From: Vermamoeba vermiformis
Taxonomy: Eukaryota
Reading direction: 5' to 3'
DNA length: 64,000 nucleotides
Assembly (NCBI GenBank): GCA_045837725.1
Contig: JBEWZL010000235.1
Location: forward strand, 248,001-312,000
Of the stretch, positions 1-13,727 are shown one piece after another. The position numbers and the translations under genes were made by a program. The first letter of the stretch is position 1, and each line of letters begins with the position of its first letter. The notes below the pieces were generated by a model. It made no database searches, was not told the DNA's origin, and saw nothing but the letters and a program-made list of their open reading frames with translations.

Positions 1-9
1 CGCGTCTTA

Positions 10-711
10 TTGAGTGGCCCCAATGCCACGTATGGGCCGTTGAGCTCCGAGGCTATCAAAGTAGCAGCTGAATATGCACGTGTTGAAGTACTCGAGACCT
101 TGCTCGCTGACCCGCGCCCTATTGACGGAGATGTCACAGTAGCACTGCTCCTTGCGGCAGAGAAAGGTTCGTGCGAGGTTGTCAAGAGCCTCTTGCGCTG
201 CACTCGTCTCGACCTTACTGCATGCTGCAATCAAGCGTTGATTGAAGCGGTGAAACACAACCATGTGGACATTGTAGAGCTGCTTTTGAACGACCCACGC
301 GTTGATGCAGGCCACAACGACAACGCAGCACTATGTACAGCCGTCAGAATTGGAGGCCAAACCAGTGTGCGCATGCTGCTCGAACACCCGCGCTTGGCAC
401 TCGGTCCGTCGCTGAACTACGCGTTGTGCCTCTCAATCACGCATAACCAGTTGGAGATCATGAAGATGTTGCTCGAAGACTCGCGATTCAACCCGTCTGA
501 CTACGGTGATCGTGCGCTGCACACTGCGTTGAGGGACAATCGCCCCGAGGCATTCTGCATTCTGGCTGAAGATTACCGTGTGGACTACCTGAAGTGGCAG
601 ACCTACGTGGAACGCTTTAAGAAGAGCCAAAAGAAGCTCAGCCAGCGACAGATAAGCATGTTTGTTACGGCCGTACAGCAAGTTCTCTCAACATTGCAGG
701 ATGTGTCGTGA
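10..711 (+). CDS. Ankyrin-repeat protein, 5' end probably outside the window
   Basis: Intronless ORF with repeated ankyrin-like units (ALIEAVKHNHVDIVELLLNDPRVD, ALCTAVRIGGQTSVRMLLEHPRL, ALCLSITHNQLEIMKMLLEDSRFNPS). The track start is a non-ATG codon at the window edge. Confidence 0.8.
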   Translation: MSGPNATYGPLSSEAIKVAAEYARVEVLETLLADPRPIDGDVTVALLLAAEKGSCEVVKSLLRCTRLDLTACCNQALIEAVKHNHVDIVELLLNDPRVDAGHNDNAALCTAVRIGGQTSVRMLLEHPRLALGPSLNYALCLSITHNQLEIMKMLLEDSRFNPSDYGDRALHTALRDNRPEAFCILAEDYRVDYLKWQTYVERFKKSQKKLSQRQISMFVTAVQQVLSTLQDVS

Positions 712-939
712 GGATCCGGAATTGTGACTTTGTAAATAGTGTAATTCTTTTGTATTCGATAAATCTATGATCCCGCAATTCCCGATCTTTGAAGGTACTT
801 GATTATGAGCTTTCTCTGAAGAGATTCTGTCGGCAAATTATCAAATCACGCAGGAATCTCAAAAAATTTGGTGTGCAATTAAAGTTGCGCACTCCGGACC
901 GGGAGTTCAATTTTTTCTCTTGTGTGCAAGGCAACAGCA

Positions 940-3271
940 ATGGCGGAAGGTTGGACTGTGTTGCCTTTTGACTTGTTTTACCGCGTTGCATTGTGGTGCG
1001 ATGCCAAATCCGTTGCGCGGGCGGGATTAGCATGTCGGACTTGGTTTGACAACTCAAATAGCCAACATATTTGGAAGGTAATGTAAACCTATTCTTTACA
1101 ATGCATTCCTCTCAAGTAAATCCGGTGTTCAATTTCCCCATCAAAATTAATTTTGAAACTAAACAAACAATTTACCAATTGCAAAAACCGTAAATATTAT
1201 ATTGCTCCGAATGATTGTCGATAGCGTAATTAATAAAAAACATTGGATGAAATTTCTAATTTTTTTATTTGGATCAGGTCATGTATGCCAACTACTTGAA
1301 TGGCGAAAAGAAGGATGCGACAGAAGAAGTAGATTGGCATCTGTTAGTAAAGAAAAAATTGGTTAATATTGAATCGAACGCTGAGAAATTACGGTGAGTT
1401 TGCTACATTCACGGGTTGTAACTCAACGACAACTAACTCCGCTTATTGATCAGGTATATAATAAGGACGTTCTCAGTGCGGGAATTCTCAAAATCAAAGC
1501 GACGAGGCTTTTCTAAAGCGTCCTTCGCTGGCAACGAGGCATTACTCAGTTACAAAGAAAACCCGTAAGTTAACGATGTCAGTGGTTAACAACGTAAAGA
1601 TGTTAATATATATTGTTTAGCGGCAATCATGTTGGTCACGAGTTAGTGGATCTGGTCACATGGCAACGAAAGCCTATGGATGCAGTCTTGAAGAACAAAG
1701 CACCCGTGTTTCTAACCAAAGATTTCATCGTCTGCTCGGTATGTTGTAGCTGCTTATGCAATTTAGTAAGCCTTGAAACTAATGAATTTATTACAAATAA
1801 AGCCTATTGACGACCAGATCGGGGAACAGCGAAATCCGTTCCTCGCGGCTTGCACCGTAGTCAACAGGCACAATAATAGGGCCGTAAATTTGAGTATACC
1901 CTTAGGTACGTTTATTTAACAATATATATACAGTTCTGATTCAGTTTCAGCTGGAATCCACGCGCTATTACCCAGTTTTGGTCCGTCTTCGAATATGATT
2001 GCCTTTTTAGGGTAATATATTTTTAATATGATATGGAAATGGTTGTCTAATACCTCTTCAACAGTGTTCAATTGATATTAAGCTTTGTGGAACAAATGGC
2101 AGACATGGAGCCTCAGCGGAATCGAATTCTTTACTTTGATTCACAGGACATTGCCCTCAGTCTGCGATTCTTTGGCAATTACATTGTAACGAGATTCTAC
2201 GACGAGATTATTGTGTCGAATCTGCGCACTGGAAGATTCTTGCAATTCTTTATTCCGAACTGTTTGGCTTGGTCGATTACTGATGATCACGTGAGTATTA
2301 TTCAATATTCAAAAGGTATAAAGCATAGTGCTGACATCGTATTGTAGTTCATCTATGTAACTGACGAGAAGTGGGCTGTGGTGGATCTGATCTCGAACAA
2401 GCAGTGTTACGAAGTCAAGACAACAGTATTCATGCAAAAACACGAGTCAGTGCGCGTGTTATTGGACAGAGAGCTCGTTGTGCTTGTTGTGGGCAATGTA
2501 GTCAGTTTTTATCGCGTGAAAGATGGCCGCCATTTGTCTTCCATCAACGTGTTCTCGCCTGTCGACGAGCTATTGTTGGTACGAATATTATTATTGACTA
2601 GTAGTTCACGAGACTAATACGACATTCAGGCGGACCACGGACGTTATGTTCTCGTGTCAGATGATTGTCTGCGGCTAGTTGACATTGCTGACATCAACTT
2701 GAGCAAGAAGTTCTTCGTTGGTGTCTTGGGATTGGCTAAAGAGGTACGAGATAGTGCTATATTAACTGCAAGATTAAGGTACTCATACTACTATCTGCTG
2801 CAGACTGTAACCAAAGAGACCACGTTGTCAGAGTTGATTGACACGACTGCAGCTGTCATTGCGAATGACGTGTCACGATCAAGCCAAATGTCACCAAAGA
2901 AAATGAGCAAGTTCAGAGCCAAGATAATGTCCAAATTTGTGTTCGTGGAAGAGAAGCGCAGATTGTCGCTGGTCTATCTCTCCAACAGCAAGTACGTCAA
3001 GAAGAAGTATCTCAACAGACGAGCCACGGCACTACTCAAATCAGAACGTGCCCGTGATTTGAACACGCAGCGTTCAGTCATGTTTGTCGGCTTTGAACGT
3101 CATCAAACACGACCAATCAAACACTGCAAGGCCCGAATGTTGACTGAACACCTGAGTGAGGTCTATGGCAGTGCAGTGCTCGTGTACGAAGAGTTCAAAC
3201 AGGGCTCGTGGACTCCTATGGATTGTACTGCTGAAGTACTGAAGCTTGTGGATTCGGAGTTGGTAATTTAG
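940..3271 (+). CDS. F-box protein (multi-exon)
   Basis: Exon 1 (940-1077) reads MAEGWTVLPFDLFYRVALWCDAKSVARAGLACRTWFDNSNSQHIWK, an F-box pattern. A GT-AG intron at 1078-1277 leads in frame to VMYANYLNGEKKDATEEVDWHLLVKKK. Later exons are beta-rich and the stop is at 3271. Confidence 0.75.
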
Positions 3272-3631
3272 CTTTAATCGTTGAATACAATCGTAGTGTA
3301 AATAATGTACATAGAAGTTGTTGATAAATGCAAACCATCCCTTACTTCGGATCGATTACGATAGCATACGGAACCAAGTTTTGACTAGTTGTTGCTGATT
3401 ATCGACTACTAATGTTAGCGCTTTTTTTTGAAATGATACAAATTAAACCTCATGCTCAACCAGGGAGTTCAACCAAAAATAATCTTCCGTTTCTAAGCCA
3501 AGTTTATTGCAATCCTTTAACGCGAACACCACTGATTGTGTAAGTTTTATCCTAAATTTGATTGCAATTAGTAATGTAATTAAACTATTTGGCAAAGAGC
3601 AGATCGTTCTGATCCCTTTCGCAATTTAACA

Positions 3632-4465
3632 ATGAGCGAGCAAAAATCAACCAGCGTCCAAGTAATTATTAGATCATGGGGGCAATTGCCTTTAGAGATT
3701 CGGGGCGAATTTTGCCGTTTAGCAGATCCGGCGACGGCAATTGTTATGCTCTTTGCTGATAAATCTCTATATTGCCAAGAATCTATATGGCGCAATATAG
3801 CTGCTCGACTTAATCTCGACATCACAGGCAATCCTCGAGATGTGTGCATTAAATGGCTCAAAATTCATCGTCACATCCTGCAGATCTATGGAAAAAGCGA
3901 CACTGTGACTATCAGTGATTGGTCATCTTATTTGAAAAATAGATTTAAATATCTAGGTATTGAACAGACGCTTCGACAGAAATATCCAACTTTTAAAGTA
4001 AGCTCCAGATCTGCGTTATTTCCCGATAATCTTAACACTCAATTTAAAGCTTCCTTTGGATTATCTGGAGTGGTTAATATTGGGTCCTCATTTTCAAGGA
4101 TATGGCGAACATCACAGAAGCTGGGATTGGAATAATTGGACGAGCGAACCGCTGGTGTTTCGTGAAGCGAACTCGTTGTGGCTGCAAGTCGCGACATTGA
4201 ACGACAAGCACGAGATGTTCATCAACTGCTGCGACACCAAGAACAAGCTGTTTGGCTGCACTGTGGGTAAGTTCAATTGATAGGACTAAAGAGCGGCTAA
4301 TGACACCTGTCAGATTGCTACGACACCGAGCTCGAGGATCAGTGCTTTGATGAGATTTGGACCAGTTGGCTAGCAGTGATCACGCGTGACTCGTACACAG
4401 ATCTATGGGACGGCGAGAGTTATCGGCGCAACTTGTTTGGTGAAAAAATTACATCGTTTTTTTGA
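3632..4465 (+). CDS. F-box-like protein with an SMI1/KNR4-like C-terminal domain
   Basis: N-terminus WGQLPLEIRGEFCRLAD...SIWRNI. Removing introns at ~3998-4050 and ~4268-4313 gives IEQTLRQKYPTFKLPLDYLEWL...MFINCCDTKNKLFGCTVDCYD...EIWTSWLAVI, with TGA at 4463-4465. Confidence 0.65.
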
Positions 4466-4591
4466 GTAGATTGCTGATTAAAAAGTTACAATTCAACGCC
4501 GCTATTTACTTTATTTCACAAATAATACATCGCGAGTGCAATTCCATAGTGATTGCAGGTAATTAGGTCCGTGAAGCACGTCATTCAACTG

Positions 4592-7468
4592 TTACAGTTC
4601 CACTGCGTTGGTGGCCTTGTTCTGCTTGTCCAGCAATTGCTTTCGCTTGCCAGCATTGCCCGCACCCATGCAAAACTGCACCTGCGTCTTGATGTGCTCA
4701 GGCAAGCTCTTGTAATCAGCGCTGCTCGCCACGGTGATGTAATTGCGCAGCACGAGGTCCAAGGCCTCTTCTTTCAACATGACAGCTTCGAGTGCAAATG
4801 CGACATCGAGCAAGTGACACACGTTCTCGAGTGTGATGTGCAGGCACAAGAAGTGTTGCGCTTGGAAGCTCAGTCCGTCTAACATCAATCGTGTCGCGAC
4901 TTCTAAAATATCCACGGCATTTTCACCGTTCAAATCTTTGCCTGCAGTCCAATTATACATGTATTTCAGGGCTGTCTTGAACGCACTGTTGAATCGCAAT
5001 TGTTAGCAAAGGCATTAAAAGTATATTCACAAGGTATTGCTTACATGACACTCGTGTCTTGCATTTGAATGTTCGGCAATCGATCCGAACTCTCTTTCAG
5101 TGAAATACTACCCATCCACGTGGCCAGATCCACCGAGTCAGGACTACGACAAAATTCAATACGAGTGGCAAATAAAATATGACTTACTTGTGCAATGCAG
5201 CTGTGGGCATGAACATGGCACGGAAGAACTCCGAGCGGTACATCAAAATGAACTTGTGCGCGTAAATCACCTCGGGCCCAGCAGCACCGTGCAAAGTGAA
5301 CTTGACGTCCGAGAAGAGTTGATTGTTGATCAGCTGCAACATGTCTGCCTTGAATGTACTCTCCAGCAGTGGCACATTCTTGCCCAGCATCGACTCGCAC
5401 AACGCCACTGTGATTGAAATGCGTTAGTACAAGTCACGGTTTGACACGTAAATGACACGTGACACGCACCTAATCGGTCGCATTTGAAGTGCTCGGCACA
5501 GTCGCGCAGTTCAGCCATCAACGGCTGTGAGCAGCGCAGTTCATCGGCGTACAAATAGTGCGCAAAGTTGACGAGCACTGTGTGGCTGAACTTGGTGGCA
5601 TCAATTGCATCGAGATCGGAGTTCGGGTCTTTGCCTAATTTGGGCAAGGCTGAGCGCAGGGACGGACATCGAGCCCAGAGCAGTGCTTTGTGGACGTACA
5701 CGCGTGACTCGTCTTTGATGCGCGTGTCACTTGACTTGCCTAATGACACTTTGACAGGTGTCACCATGTCACTCGGTGGTTTGCACAACAAGACGACATC
5801 ACTCGTGTTCGTGTCGTTAATGCACGCTGCAAATCCGTGGTGCTTGTTGATCGCTTTCACGAACGATTCTAAAATTGACAATGGTCAGATATAAGTGTCA
5901 ATTTGACACGTGTCATACCTCGAATCGGATCGCGCAGTACAGCAAATACATAGAACAGCGGAGTTTTGCCTTCGTTCATGTTGAGTACCGTCAACAATTT
6001 GGGATATTTTTTGCTGAGGTCGCGCACAATATTCCACCGCTGATACAGTGCAGCCACGTGCAGAGCTAATTTGGGACATTAATACCGGTTCACAGTATTA
6101 CCATATTTAGTAATCTTACGTGTATTTCCGTCAACCTTGTCTTTGACGAATGGATCCAGAGGCTGAAAGTGAGTAAGATGTATTAATAAGACTGCACTCA
6201 TAGGCCCAATAGCACTACTCGCACTATCGATGCAGCACTCACCAAGTCACTTTTGAGCATTAAATTCACAATGTCTTCGTAGCCTGAGCGACACGCCACA
6301 TGCAGCGCTGTCTCACCTAAATAACGAAAATTAAAATTTATAGTAACATTTAATATATATTGATTATATAATATAATAGTTACCCTCATCAGTGAGCACA
6401 TTCAAATCAATGCCGTGCTCCACTAAAAATCGTGAAATATATTTGTGATTTTTCTTCGCTGCCACATGCAGTGCAGTGCCGTACTGAGGACTGAAAATGA
6501 CCAAAAATAGATATTAGTGCTTATATTTACCAAATATAGTAATATTTATATTGTCCGTACCTTCGAATTGAAAGATTGGCCCCGTGATTGTTCAATAGTT
6601 CTAAAATATCGAGCCGACCTTTGACCGATGCTAAATGAACTGGCGCAATGCCTCTATATTTGGCAACATTACAGTGAGTATATAGAAGTATATTAAGAGC
6701 GGAATAATAAGTTTTGGTGGATTCGTACCGGCACATGATATCTGGATCTGCTCCGTGCTCTAATAGCGCCTCGACTATTTGTTCTTCGCCGTGCAATGTA
6801 GCGGTGTAGAGTGGTGTACGGGCCTTACTTCTATATTAGGAAATACACTATATTAGTCGACTTCTTCAATTTATTGCGTGGTCGCGTGACATGGATCGAA
6901 GTCGAAGTTGCGTAAAATTAACGGAAATATATTTAATTAATATAATATAATGGTATTATTATTTAATTGATTAATTAGCATAGTTCATTATGCGTAATTT
7001 TGTTCTGGTGATTTTCCCAATAATTACATAATTTTGTTGTTTAATTAAACGATTATTACGATCAAATAGGCGGGTAAATATTTATGTAGTATATAAATTT
7101 ACTATAAGTGATTGTAAGTGATTAAATGTAACATAGATCTAACTTACAAAATGTTCGGATCCGCACCGCTCTCCAACAGAAATGACACTATGATTTTATT
7201 CTTTCGTAATATAGCCTGTATATAATAAATTTACATAATTAATAAAATTTTCTTCGCACTGATCGAATAATTATTATAAAAAATTATGGATTCGCTGTGT
7301 AGTTACCAGATGCAGCGGAGTTAAGCCCTGTTGCTTCTCATTAATCTTTTCATATAGTTCTGGATTATCAACGAGGTCGCCGAACTGATTGTAATCGATC
7401 GAATGCCAGATGGACTCGAAAGCGGGGTATTGATACAAATGCGTGTTGCTTGATACGTCCGCGGCCAT
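4592..7468 (-). CDS. Ankyrin-repeat plus two BTB/POZ domain protein (ABTB-like Cul3 adaptor)
   Basis: Ankyrin exons (GLTPLHL, GIAPVHLASVKGRLDILELL, GETALHVACRSGYEDIVNLML), then BTB1 (SDVVLL...VYVHKALLWARCPSL), BTB2 (FSDVKFTL...IYAHKFILMYRSEFFRAMF) and a BACK-like tail. Confidence 0.85.
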
Positions 7469-8087
7469 ATTTACAAATAAATAGCTATATATAACAGCAC
7501 TCTATTGTCGTGCTCAGTCTAGTGCGAAATGAGTTTGAAATTGAACGGCTTGTCTTGATTAAAAATGAATAAATTTTATTTCTCGCTGCAAGGTCTTGTG
7601 ACCACCCAAGCACGCTCTAATTATAATATACTGACTAGGGCATATATTACATAAGGACATGAAATCTACAGCGATCAAATTTACGAGCACAACGTCCATC
7701 TCGTAGATGTCCATTTCTTAAAATACGGACTGGTTGATTAATTATCCTGGTAATATTTTCACTATAAATAATTACTATATACATATTATATTCTATCGAT
7801 ATAAGGCGTTCAAAGCGAGTGGAACTAAATTTTGAAGTACTTAACTAGTATCCAGTGGCCCGCGGTCGAGTTGTATTGAACCGCTTCTTTGTCTGAGCCA
7901 GGGCTTAATTGAACATAATTTAATACCAAATTGCGATGAGCCAATTTTTCACTGACGAAATTCAGTGAAAGCTCCATCTGAAAAGAAATCATTAATGAAA
8001 ATTATCGCTGATGGAAGAAATTTTGACAATTAATCTTGCTTTGTATACTAACCACCGCTCAAGCATTAACCACACAAGCACCTCAAT

Positions 8088-9367
8088 ATGACTTCTTTTC
8101 CAGCCTTCTTAGAGAAAACTTTGGTACGCGATCTTATCAAGGCCAAAGAGAGCAATACGATCATCTATCTCGATGAGAACTCTTCAGTGCACGATGCATT
8201 GCAAGTAAGTACATTTTAACATGTTATCTGCATTTTACTTTAGTTTCTGAAATTGACTTTGGATCTTACGACCTAAAAATTGCTTAGCGAGAATTTTTAC
8301 GAGTTTTAAATATTAAAGAAGTATTTTTGTACAGGTGCTTGCCAAAAATAATCTGATTTCGGCTCCAGTTCGTGTCAGTGACGCAGTAGATTGGCTCGGA
8401 TTCATTGATTGCCTCGACATATTGCGCTTGGCTATTCATATGTACACTAATGGCTCGAACAATATTGCAGAAGATTTAAAGAAGATTGATAACCCTCAAT
8501 GGAGCTCTTGGTGCCGCGACATTAATACGATGCAACACAGAGACGTCAGATTTGGTCTTACTCCGCTCAAGAAACTAATCGCTGGTCGTCCAGTCGATAC
8601 TTTTTGCCCTATTAACGACATGGGCAGCATTCATGAATTAATAGGTACAATATTTACCCTTCTCAATTTGCGAATACTTTGCTGAAATTTCATAGAGGGA
8701 ATTCTTGCCAAGGGAGCGCATCGTGCCCCGGTGATGGACAATAGAAATGATATCAAAGCTATAGTCACACAATCAGACATCGTTCAGCTGTTGTTCAACA
8801 ACTTGGATGTGCTCGGCGACTTGAAAGAAAAAACCATTCAAGAGCTCAAGATTGGCACGCATGAAGTGATCTCTATGAGCATTGACGGTACTGCCATATT
8901 AACATTACCATATTAGGCCACACCTACTAACTATTCGTGCTATTTTTAGCTCAAGCCATTCACGCCTTTTATTTGATGATTTATCACAGAGTGCACGCGG
9001 TGGCACTCACTCACGGCTCTTCGGGCAAATTAGTCGCGAATTTATCGGCCTCAGACATTAAGGTACGTACACTACTAGGCACCTAGATGATATATATACC
9101 TAACCTTATTCTCGCTAGGGCTTGGCCTCTGAAAACTTGTCGACGTTATTGTTGCCCGTGAAAAAGTATTTGCACGCTCATGCCAAGTTGAAGGGCGTGG
9201 CTGTTTCAGTGAAAAATGACTCGAACTTGGAAGAGTTGATTACCAAGTTTGCGTTGTTCAGAGTACATCACGTGTGGATGCTGGATGAGCAAGATCGAGC
9301 TGTCGGTGTCATTGGCTTGGCTGATCTGATGAAATTTTGCAACAAATGCTGCAAAGAACAGGGCTAA
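8088..9367 (+). CDS. CBS-domain protein (AMPK-gamma/Sds23-like)
   Basis: ATG at 8088. Spliced text includes SSVHDALQVLAKNNLISAPV, GAHRAPVMD...IVTQSDIVQLL, VANLSASDIK and RVHHVWMLDEQDRAVGVIGLADLMK, consistent with four CBS motifs. Confidence 0.85.
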
Positions 9368-9514
9368 ATACCTTACTATGTAAGATTAGGGCTCGATCTG
9401 TTTGTAATAAAGAATTTTCTATTTTTGGAAGCTATCTTTTTGTCCTGCGCTTCGTGATTGCTCATTTTTATTTTAAAATATACCAATTGAATACAATAAT
9501 TTTATTAATTTCAA

Positions 9515-12495
9515 ATGGCGAGCATAGAAGCCAGTCTAAGCGAAATTATTAAAAGATATCAAGCAGATCCGAGCTCAAATGCATTAAAATCCTCTGAACA
9601 ATATATTTTATCGGCGGTATGTAATAACAAATTCGCTGGCACCATTCAATAATGTCAAATTTCAATTTACTGAATAAAAGATAAATTAACAATATTATTT
9701 AGGTATTTTTCGATGGACACTCCTCCAAGGTTACTGGTACGTGGTGGGAGTAGCATAAATATTTTTTGAAATTAATTTGTCATCAAAAGGACGCAGTTCT
9801 GTACACGAATTCATTGACACGATAAAAAAACTTTTCGAGGCTGGATCTGATAAGGAAAGCATCAGAAAAGCTTTAAGTCAGCACGGATATGATGAAAATA
9901 CATTTAAACTCGTGGACGACTCGAAAAAGAATTTTAAAGGTAATTATCGCTACAGCTATTTTATTCATTTGTTATAACCACTTAGTAATGTCTATATTTA
10001 GTTACATTGGACGAGCTCTTCAAAACGGCCATTCAACGCGCATTAAGTTCAAAGCACAATGACTCGTTGCAATCACGTGTCATCGAGTTACAAAATATTT
10101 TCATTCAGGTACTTTGCATGAACAAAATTGACCGTAGTATTCATTATTAATATATATCTATAGCTCAAACAACGTCCCAGTGACGAGAACATTCAATTAA
10201 TGAAACAATTGCCGGGCTATGAATACATCGAAGAGTATTGGCTCAGCTCTTTTGCCCCGCATCAGCCACTCAACTTTGAACTGTTTGACGGTGACAAATT
10301 ATCGAACACTGGCGCGCAAAAGCTCAAAGACATCTTTAACAAATACGATGTGAATAATAAGGGTCATTTGAACCAAGCTGAAACTACAGTAAGTACTTCA
10401 ATCTGCCAAGATCTGAACACTAACCAAGTCTTTGCAGTTATTTCTCATCGCAATCAGTGGCTGGAACACAGTGCTCGAGTCAGATGCAGTGGCATTTGAA
10501 GACTTGAGACCTGTTTTTGAAGACAAAAACCGCCGCGAACGTTTGACTGACGGACTACTCGTGCATGAACATCATTTGAAGACCAACGATAAGAGTGCGT
10601 GATGAGCATATACTAATATCATTATTTATACGCTATATAACGACCACTTTTAGTCTCGTACAACGAAGTGATCAGTGCGTACACGAGTCAAGCCAAGTCC
10701 AAACACTTTAAAGGTGTCACTGAAGAGCTCAACACGACCACAAATGTGTTGTACTTGGCACTCAACGCATTTGTCAAGTTAGACCAACACGTAGTCGAAG
10801 AGTACATTCAGTTCAGTGGCTTGAAAGACGTACGACTGGATAACATATTTAACGGATCTGATCATTATTGACACGTTTCATATTAGTTGCCGGCCTTAAT
10901 AGCAATATCAGAGTGCGAATCACTGAGCACATTAGCACAAGCACGTGATTGTTTGACATTAGGTCTGAAATACTGGCAGAAACCAGTCCTCTCTGAAGCA
11001 CCGCTCGTCAAGGCACCTTTCTTCAAGAAACTCGATCAATTGTTGCAGAAATTTGTCTCCGAGCACAAGAACGGTATGTTAAGGGCTTTATTATTTGCAA
11101 ATATGCACTGCTAATATTATTGCCTGAATAGAGTTCGAAGAGTCCCTGTTAGACGAAGACTACATCAAGATGTTGTGCACGACTGAATCAGCGCCTGATT
11201 TGATTGCGCGAAAGTCTTGTCGCGTGTTTGGTGGCAACAAATTGACTGTAAGTAATCGGCGACTGAAAATTATTTTGACACTTTGACTTTGACACGCGTC
11301 ATTTGTGTAGCTCGGTGAAGTACTGCTGTCAGATGCATCGATTCAAGAAGATCACTTCTTCGGTCAGGCGTTCTGGCACATGAATGCCAAGCCACTGATC
11401 AAGTTTTTCGGTCTCATTCATCGTCGTGTTGGGTCATTTTCAGCGACAGCTATTCCGATGTGCATCAGTCTCGCAAAGACATCTGGCATTGCCATATTAG
11501 GCTAGTATTAATAACCTCGATTAGTCAGTTCCTAAAACCTCTTTAGAATGTCTGAATGGCATCGTGGCACGTGAGCTGATTGACGCACTTAGAGCGAGCC
11601 TTGAACAAAAGCCCTTGGCCTGTGTCTTGCCCTACGACTTCGAGGTCAACAACATCAAGGCCGCTGCAGATGTCAATGCAGCACTCGCACAGTACTTGGA
11701 GCTCAAAGTCGACGAGTTGACACCCTACTTCAACAGCTGTCAAATGGTGCAGCCACAACAGAACGTCGGCGAGATTATTTGGCAAGACTACAATACTCTG
11801 AAGCAATTAGGTACGAGTATTCGATCCATATATCAATGCTAGTAGACTGATTTAGTTTCAGGTGTGGATCGCAAAGTTTTAGCTGATAAATTAGCGGCAA
11901 TTATTGCGCTGGCTAGATATAGAAAAGCGACGCAAGAGTGGCGCGATATGGTCGCTAAAAATCCGCAGTTTAAAGTAACAGATGGATTTTTGAAGCATTT
12001 GAAGAGGTTAAATGGACTCGTACGACAAACGCTGCAAGTAGATCCGGAGAAGGTTGAAATGGGTTCTGACGCATTTCCTTACCGCGTAGAGCTTAAAGAA
12101 ACGCGGTACGTAGCTCATATTGATTAATTAAGTCCGTTGTTTAACTTTTTATTCTTCATCCGATCAGCGGTCACCATGAAGATCCGTTCCACCCTTCATT
12201 CGCCATGCAAAGCTATTACTTAGAGAGTGACTACGTCGGAGGTTCAGCAGAGGTCACTTTAGTTAATACGAAGCTCGAAAAGACGCACAAAGGTGAGTCA
12301 ATTTAACATTGTCTTTGTTTGCCTGATTAGGAAGTACTAATGGCGAGTTAATTTAATATAGAGTTGAGCAGTGTTCAGTTAGGTGATATGTTGCCCTATT
12401 TGATTCGCGTTGCATGCTTTTTCGAAGGTCCCGAAGTTCCGTACAGGGTTGATCCGCAACGAATCTGTTCAATTTTAGAGCTGAGCAAGCAATAA
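9515..12495 (+). CDS. Multi-exon hypothetical protein with an EF-hand-like loop and a conserved-looking C-terminal 'FFEG..PYRVDP' domain
   Basis: ATG at 9515 (MASIEASLSEII). EF-hand-like segment DIFNKYDVNNKGHLNQAE. The last exon reads GDMLPYLIRVACFFEGPEVPYRVDPQRICSILELSKQ, with TAA at 12493-12495. Confidence 0.65.
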
Positions 12496-13727
12496 ATGCA
12501 GCTAACATCATACTTTACAAGTAAGTATCGATTAATTGTATAATAATTCAACTTTGATTATCCCAGAGATATCTATTCATTTTTTCATTTCGATGTTACT
12601 GCTTTTCTGTTTGCAACATGTGATACATGAGTATATATTTAATATTCAGATATTACAATGATACCCATATCACAAATTACGGAGTCTATCCGAACCAAAT
12701 ATCGAAGTCGAACGAATGCAGCGAAATCGATCAGGTACTTACCAACAACTATTAATTATTCCATATATGCCACGATGCATTATAAATTCAATGCAACTCT
12801 TTGAGTGCATCCAATATTAAATACAAATTAGTTGGTGGTCCCCATCAAATTACCGTTAAAATCTTCAAAAATTGTTCTCCTGGATTATCTCCAATCAAGC
12901 AGGTTTAATTAACCGATAATTAGCATCGCAATTACCTCCGTTTAGGTATTTAGCGTTAGAACTTTAATTAAAAGCACGCAGTTTACACGTGCTATCAGAT
13001 TTGCCACCAACGATCTAAATTGTTCCATTACGATTACGCACTTCTGTGATTGATAGGTCCTTAATAATTATTTAATTACGTCTCGGAGTGCGAATCGGTA
13101 TTTTAATCCACAAATAACGCATCAAAGGCGGAATTACTAGTCGATAGAAAAATGTTCTTTGGCCTGCTTTGGAAAAGTTAATTTTAATACGACTGATTAA
13201 CTCCGCTAGTAAATGCCGAAGTCTATATTGGCAAGAATTTATTATTGAATTTAAAGTTTGTTTGACGGATTGCCCGTTGGATCGAAACGTGACCCAACAA
13301 AAATATCATTAATTCGAAGCTATAATCAAAAAAATAATCAAATCAGACGTAAAGATATTTAAATATGTATTTTAGAGCATTAAGATTATAAATTGAATCA
13401 ATTATTTTGGATCGGATCTACCAGTACAAAAGATTTGCAGGTCCAAGAATCTACGTTTTTATGACAATAGGAATAACATCATCTTTGTTAACGCATATGA
13501 CCCGAAACCACACACTTTTCGAAACGATAAATCACAAAAAAAGCAAAAACACGTTTAGATCTGCATCCAATTTCTCCGCTTGACTGCGTGACAGGTCCCT
13601 AAAATTTTATTAAATTCCATTTATTTTGTGTCAGTTTTCATATTCATCAGCTCATCGATACAACACGAGAGGCTTCAATTGAGGCACGTAAAAACCACTT
13701 TTCATTCGGATCCGCAAACACAACACT

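Noticed and set aside
7952-7970. CTGACGA...GAAA resembling a hammerhead ribozyme core
   Set aside because: The intervening bases cannot form stem II, and I found no stems I or III.
12496-13727. Longest intergenic stretch, checked for ncRNA or a mobile element
   Set aside because: It is AT-rich, and I saw no terminal repeats, tRNA fold or credible spliced ORF.
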